In this document: piece by piece, positions 46,400 to 50,514 of the stretch | How the letters are laid out: each line of letters begins with the position of its first letter | Numbering within the stretch: the stretch's first letter is position 1 | DNA from: a virus | Lineage: Duplodnaviria; Caudoviricetes | Virus record (IMG/VR): IMGVR_UViG_3300034001_000012 | Coordinates: 1 to 50,514 of that record | DNA: 50,514 nucleotides | Direction: 5' to 3' (one strand) | The notes under the pieces: generated by a model | Database searches by the model: none | Told to the model about the DNA's origin: nothing | The model's input: the letters and a program-made list of their open reading frames with translations, nothing else | Program-made: the position numbers and the translations under genes

Positions 46400-46716
46400 T
46401 ACGAATTTTTCTCCTTAACTGGTCTGAATTGTCTGCGTATGGAGTGCATCATCGGTTGGCTTGGGAGCTGTCCAGCGCCCGAGAGCCTTTGGATAGTCCA
46501 GTGAGCTTTGTCGATGAAGGCCCAGATTTTCGGCCTCCACTCCCCGCCCCCTTCGCGCGGGTACCACTCCTCCAGAATGGGAAGGATGATGTTGAGCGTG
46601 CGCAGCGTGGCGGTGGCCGCCGTGACGATGGCCGCGGCGAACGTCGCCAGGTAGACCAGAACGGTCTCTACCCACAACTGGATGTCCGCCGGCGAAAGTG
46701 TGCTGAGAATTGCCAT
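46399..46716 (-). CDS. Putative holin
   Basis: TM segment; adjacent to endolysin. Confidence 0.55.
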   Translation of the reverse strand: MAILSTLSPADIQLWVETVLVYLATFAAAIVTAATATLRTLNIILPILEEWYPREGGGEWRPKIWAFIDKAHWTIQRLSGAGQLPSQPMMHSIRRQFRPVKEKNS

Positions 46717-46743
46717 AAGATTATGGAGCCCCTGATGTATTGA

Positions 46744-47286
46744 TTAAAGAATGTGCGCCGCCTCGAAGTGCATTCCGTCAAGCCTGTTGGAGAAATGCCC
46801 GCCCCAGTAGAAGCCGTTTTCATTCGCCAGCGCGACCAGTTCCATGACGGAGCCCTGCGCCCCGCGCGGAGCGGGCTGGCGGCCTAGCGCGTTCCAGGGG
46901 GCGTTGAGGTCGAAGGCCGAGCCGAAGGCGTGGTTAGAAAGAATCGAGCGGCTGCCGCGAATGAAGCGCGGGACGTAAGAGCCGCCCCAAGAGAGGATGT
47001 ACTTCAGCAACCCGGCCTGCTCCCAGGCGGCGAATAGAGAGACCGTCTGCGGCACTACCAGCCGGTGCAGAAGGATACAGCCGTCATGCGGAGCGTAAGG
47101 GACGCCTTCAAGCTGCGGGATGTAAGCACGGACGATATTCAGCTTTGCCCAGTTGTCCGTGACGACTATGTTTTCAGGATTGCCCTTGACAGGCTTAGCA
47201 ACATACTTGAAGGTGCCGAAGACGCGCTGGCGCTCGGGGGTGCTGATGAGCGGTTTGAAGTTTGGGTTAGGGGGGTAAATTTCCAT
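46744..47286 (-). CDS. Endolysin, M15 family Zn peptidase
   Basis: R...SNHAFGSAFD, WGGHF...DGMHFE; likely start MEIYPP. Confidence 0.92.
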   Translation of the reverse strand: MEIYPPNPNFKPLISTPERQRVFGTFKYVAKPVKGNPENIVVTDNWAKLNIVRAYIPQLEGVPYAPHDGCILLHRLVVPQTVSLFAAWEQAGLLKYILSWGGSYVPRFIRGSRSILSNHAFGSAFDLNAPWNALGRQPAPRGAQGSVMELVALANENGFYWGGHFSNRLDGMHFEAAHIL

Positions 47287-47329
47287 AGCAGAATGTGGGG
47301 TGAAGAAATCAGAAGGATTAAATGACCGG

Positions 47330-47474
47330 TCACGCGCGCCGCGAGAATCGTCCAGTGAGCGCGAAGGAAGGGTACGCTCGGAGGGTGACGTGCGGCGGGT
47401 CGCATATAGCGGCAGGCTACTTGTCGCCATGACTGACGACAGCGATGATGTAAGACTCCGACCGGCGCGCGTGA
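47330..47474 (-). ncRNA. Candidate multibranch RNA in late leader
   Basis: 12-bp perfect closing stem TCACGCGCGCCG/CGGCGCGCGTGA; inner stems TCGGAG/CTCCGA, TGTCGTCA/TGGCGACA, TAGC/GCTA. Confidence 0.5.
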
Positions 47475-47567
47475 AATATCAGAGAACGTAGGGCGCCCGC
47501 TTTAACAGGGCGGGCGCCCACTGTCGGAAGACGGCAGCCACCAACCGTCTTCCCTGCCCCGCGTCGC

Positions 47568-47616
47568 ATTCTATGGGATTTTTATGAAGTAGCAATTCTC
47601 CGAACGTCACTTGAAG
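47568..47616 (-). promoter_or_regulatory. Putative late promoter for lysis/packaging operon
   Basis: TTGCTA-N16-TAGAAT with the shared 25-bp box. Confidence 0.7.
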
Positions 47617-47636
47617 AATTTTTGTAGAATCAAAGT

Positions 47637-48287
47637 ATGAGTGAAGAGTTTCCTGAATTTATTTACGACACGGATGATTGGCCTGATGATGTGGACGCGA
47701 CTGAGCTATTCGATAGCCCAAATCAATCAGGCTTTTTCATAGAGAGGCTGGATCCGACAAGCGCATTAAACATTATCCGCAACAGGCCGGTTGATGAAAC
47801 CTTATACCGGAAAGTTACTCTTTCGGTGCCTATAGATTGGAAGTTCGATATTGGGGAGCTGATTTCGATTGATGATTCAATTTATCGGGTGTTGGCAGTA
47901 CTCCAGGAAGACATTCATCTATTTGAGGCAAAGAAGCGCGTAACCCTTCGCATCGAGCCTTACGAGGGTATTAAGGAAGAGAGCAGACTCGTCCTGAATA
48001 ATCCCGATCCGAATATCCCGCGTTGTGGGGAGTGTAATGAACCACTGACAGGCTTAGTCATCTTACCCACCAAACTAGACGACGAAGGCCGGGTGGATGA
48101 AGTGAAATGGGTAGCATCTCATCACGGCGTGGAGATAACACTGGAAGGACTTCACTATACTCTGTGGCCTGGCGCTAACCCGTTGCCTAAACATTTCAGC
48201 CATCTGTACGTCAGGTTCGAGGAGCGCGATATTGTATGCATCCCGCCTCCTCATGATCGTCCTGCGTGCACGGATTTTCGGTATTAA
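47637..48287 (+). CDS. Lower-GC counter-oriented hypothetical protein (moron)
   Basis: 216-aa ORF; TAGAAT 6 nt before ATG. Confidence 0.65.
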   Translation: MSEEFPEFIYDTDDWPDDVDATELFDSPNQSGFFIERLDPTSALNIIRNRPVDETLYRKVTLSVPIDWKFDIGELISIDDSIYRVLAVLQEDIHLFEAKKRVTLRIEPYEGIKEESRLVLNNPDPNIPRCGECNEPLTGLVILPTKLDDEGRVDEVKWVASHHGVEITLEGLHYTLWPGANPLPKHFSHLYVRFEERDIVCIPPPHDRPACTDFRY

Positions 48288-48507
48288 TTACAGTTAACTC
48301 ACGGCCATCATGTAACAGGATTGAGCCCGGCTCTTTACCATGACCGCAGCATGAATTGGCTGTGTAGATGCCCGCCGCGTTCAGCGCATCAACGATGTCG
48401 GCGATGCAGCTATCAACAGGCTTCATGTCTAACCGGGCCGCGCCCGTATGAGATAGGCTCGCAGGGATTAACACTCTCAGAAGTCTTGTATCGCCCCAGC
48501 TACACAT
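48211..48507 (-). CDS. Small protein with Tyw3-like N-terminal motif
   Basis: VDSCIADIVDALNAAGIYTANSCCGH. Confidence 0.6.
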   Translation of the reverse strand: MCSWGDTRLLRVLIPASLSHTGAARLDMKPVDSCIADIVDALNAAGIYTANSCCGHGKEPGSILLHDGRELTVINTENPCTQDDHEEAGCIQYRAPRT

Positions 48508-48766
48508 ACATCAGACCGATGACGGGATGAAGCTTAAAGCGCGCTGGCACCTTGGGCGCTGATTCGAGCGCTGCCAACCGTTCATTCAATCGCGCCTGTT
48601 CAGCCTCGGCAGGGGTGGGCTCAGCTCCGTACTTGAATCTCTCCCAAAGCTTCACATGGGCGCACATCTGTTTGACGGTGCTGCGGTGGAAGCGACCGCG
48701 CGCGTGATCCTGCTCCATGCGGGCGACCATGTTCATTGTTGAGATGAGCACCAGGTTTGTTTTCAT
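48500..48766 (-). CDS. Hypothetical protein
   Basis: Coupled ORF chain. Confidence 0.5.
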   Translation of the reverse strand: MKTNLVLISTMNMVARMEQDHARGRFHRSTVKQMCAHVKLWERFKYGAEPTPAEAEQARLNERLAALESAPKVPARFKLHPVIGLMYV

Positions 48767-49050
48767 TGCGATGATAAAATATTGCTTATTGCCTTTCGCA
48801 GCAAATCTTCACGGCTGAAATCTTTCGCATACTCCCAGGTATCTACAATCATACAGCCGTCGGCCGCGCGCACTTCGAGGGAGAGTCGTCTGCCTTCCTC
48901 CTTCGGATCTCGCTCGCCCATCGGCGTAATTGTAATCTGGCATCCCCGGTAGGACGCCTCGAACTCGCGGTCAGTGTTTGCGCGCACGTCGCGAATGACG
49001 CGCGTCTTACCGTCAACATGTAGGCTGATTGGCTTTCGTGCTTCTTTCAT
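48763..49050 (-). CDS. Hypothetical protein
   Basis: Coupled ORF chain. Confidence 0.5.
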   Translation of the reverse strand: MKEARKPISLHVDGKTRVIRDVRANTDREFEASYRGCQITITPMGERDPKEEGRRLSLEVRAADGCMIVDTWEYAKDFSREDLLRKAISNILSSQ

Positions 49051-49367
49051 TACCTTGCCCCTCTTCTTCTGCGTGCATTCTCTGCCCGCCGCTCTTTACG
49101 GTTCTGAGGCTTATGTGGGAAGGGTGCAGATAGCGTCGGCGTTGGCCGCAAGAGCTCTGGCTCGACCGCCAGGGCAATGTTCACCCGGAGTTCTAGCTGC
49201 CTGGCGGTCGCTGCCATATCAACTGCACTAACTCCGCCGATTACGAGTATCCTGCGCACGGCGTCATCCGGGATGGCCAGGCGTCGCGTCTCTTCTACAA
49301 TCCGCTCTGCTGTGTGGAGGTCAACGGGCTGTGTCCGTGCGATCTCAAGTGCGAGTTCATCACTCAT
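49050..49367 (-). CDS. Hypothetical protein (NRKERRA motif)
   Basis: Likely start MSDELAL. Confidence 0.5.
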   Translation of the reverse strand: MSDELALEIARTQPVDLHTAERIVEETRRLAIPDDAVRRILVIGGVSAVDMAATARQLELRVNIALAVEPELLRPTPTLSAPFPHKPQNRKERRAENARRRRGAR

Positions 49368-49386
49368 AGGGTGCAATGCCTTTATG

Positions 49387-50052
49387 CTATGCAACAAGGC
49401 TTTGCCCGGTCTTGAAAGTGGGAATGAGAGCGGGCGCATAATGAGCAACCGAATTCCTCTCGACCTGGCAGAGCAGCCTGATGCGCGCGTCTGCAACCTT
49501 CGAAAAGTTCAGCGACTTAGCCACGCCAAACCGATTCATTCGCACGTTGTCACGCCAGGCGCGCGCCCATCCCGCAGAGACCCAGTAGACGTTGCTCGTG
49601 CGCTTCTCCAGCACCATGAAGCCCGCAATGTTGCCGGCCCGCTCCGAAGCGTACAGGTTATCAACCTGGTGCTCTTTGAAGTTTTCGATTGAGATGGAAG
49701 GCCCGGCGAATTCTTTGGCGTCGAATTCAATGTGATAACCGAGGATGCCGCCCACATAGTCGGGAGCGCTCTTCACCCGGAGGAGCGGTGCGCCGCCCCT
49801 CTGCTCTCGCCGAGTCGTCCCCTTAACATCAACGAAATAGATTTCGGTGCGCGCGCGCAACTCGGGCTCAGCACTTTTCCAGCGCCATTCATTCACGTAA
49901 GAGTAGGCGTTAGGAATCTCGTAGACGTGGCCCCAGTGCTGGCGGTCATACCAGGTGTGGGTGTTCTTCAGTATTCCCTGGAATAGACGGCCCCGGTTAG
50001 CGTGAGACGTGTTGCGTTCGATGAATGATAATTGGTGGTGTACAGGCATCAC
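49387..50052 (-). CDS. recU: RecU-like Holliday junction resolvase
   Basis: NRGRLFQ..L, KSAPDYVG...EFDAKE, KEHQVDNL. Confidence 0.85.
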   Translation of the reverse strand: MMPVHHQLSFIERNTSHANRGRLFQGILKNTHTWYDRQHWGHVYEIPNAYSYVNEWRWKSAEPELRARTEIYFVDVKGTTRREQRGGAPLLRVKSAPDYVGGILGYHIEFDAKEFAGPSISIENFKEHQVDNLYASERAGNIAGFMVLEKRTSNVYWVSAGWARAWRDNVRMNRFGVAKSLNFSKVADARIRLLCQVERNSVAHYAPALIPTFKTGQSLVA

Positions 50053-50507
50053 GCAGCCGCCTGTTCTAGCATCGCGACCTCGACTGCGCCGGCGCGGATG
50101 GCGTCTGTGATCTTGATGCCTAGCCTCTGCCGCCGCTTGATGTAGTCGTCATAAACGGCGCGCTGCTCAGGCGTCATTGTTTCTAGGAAATGCTCTGAAT
50201 GACGCCTGAAGACTGAGTTGGAATCTCCGCACCTGAGACGCATGTTCTTGGCGGCCAGCTTGAGCTGCTCGTTGCGGCGCTCCCTGCGACACGTGTTGCA
50301 GCAGGTGACGCGGTAACTGGTTAAATTCTTGGCGGGGACATTGCGTGTGCGCCCACAGGTGCATAGACACTCCCAAATCGCCCCTCGTGCGGGATCGATC
50401 TCAACTATGCGTTGTGGTTTCAGGTCTACGAATTCGTCTTTAGAAAGATCTTTGACGCCTCTGGGCAGAAAGGGGATGAGTTGCCCGCCGGAACGAGGAT
50501 GTTGCAT
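50049..50507 (-). CDS. Zn-binding protein (HNH/AP2-associated N-terminal motif)
   Basis: WECLCTCG...NL...TCC. Confidence 0.55.
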   Translation of the reverse strand: MQHPRSGGQLIPFLPRGVKDLSKDEFVDLKPQRIVEIDPARGAIWECLCTCGRTRNVPAKNLTSYRVTCCNTCRRERRNEQLKLAAKNMRLRCGDSNSVFRRHSEHFLETMTPEQRAVYDDYIKRRQRLGIKITDAIRAGAVEVAMLEQAAA

Positions 50508-50514
50508 TCGAGGA

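Larger units (their letters stand above)
1..50514. mobile_element. Tailed phage / putative phage-plasmid genome (possibly incomplete)
   Basis: Ordered TerS-TerL-portal-protease-capsid-neck-tail-TMP-tip module, lysis genes and replication initiator; no host housekeeping genes. Confidence 0.93.

Noticed and set aside
47433-47476. Hammerhead core words CTGACGA...GAAA on + strand
   Set aside because: No stem II between them and no matching stems I/III
1-50514. Terminal repeats/circularity and tRNA genes
   Set aside because: Ends share no sequence; no cloverleaf with a T-loop found by eye

Overview
The window looks like most of a tailed, HK97-fold (siphovirus-like) phage or phage-plasmid genome with two convergent arms. 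The + arm (1-13.7 kb) carries an HTH replication initiator, many small Cys-rich ORFs, a tyrosine recombinase, a minimal PolX and an XPB-like helicase. The - arm (50.5 to 17.1 kb) carries a RecU-like resolvase, lysis cassette, terminase, portal, prohead protease, capsid, neck, tail, tape measure and a GTA-type tail tip ending in a 2372-aa adhesin. A plasmid-type MobV relaxase/RHH module and a secreted moron sit at the convergence point. Main findings: (1) a 2H phosphoesterase closely resembling anti-CBASS Acb1 is inserted inside the prohead protease; (2) a relaxase, an oriT-like site and dif/res-like sites occur in an apparently intact phage; (3) several unannotated cis elements are present (twin late promoters sharing a 25-bp box, a tripartite TTGA motif at terS and two other sites, two ~150-nt multibranch RNA candidates, a type I toxin-like peptide). 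No repressor, partition genes, tRNA, CRISPR or reverse transcriptase was recognised. All family calls come from motif recognition by eye, not database searches. A diderm host is suggested by the lysis lipoprotein; Acidobacteriota is only a weak guess.
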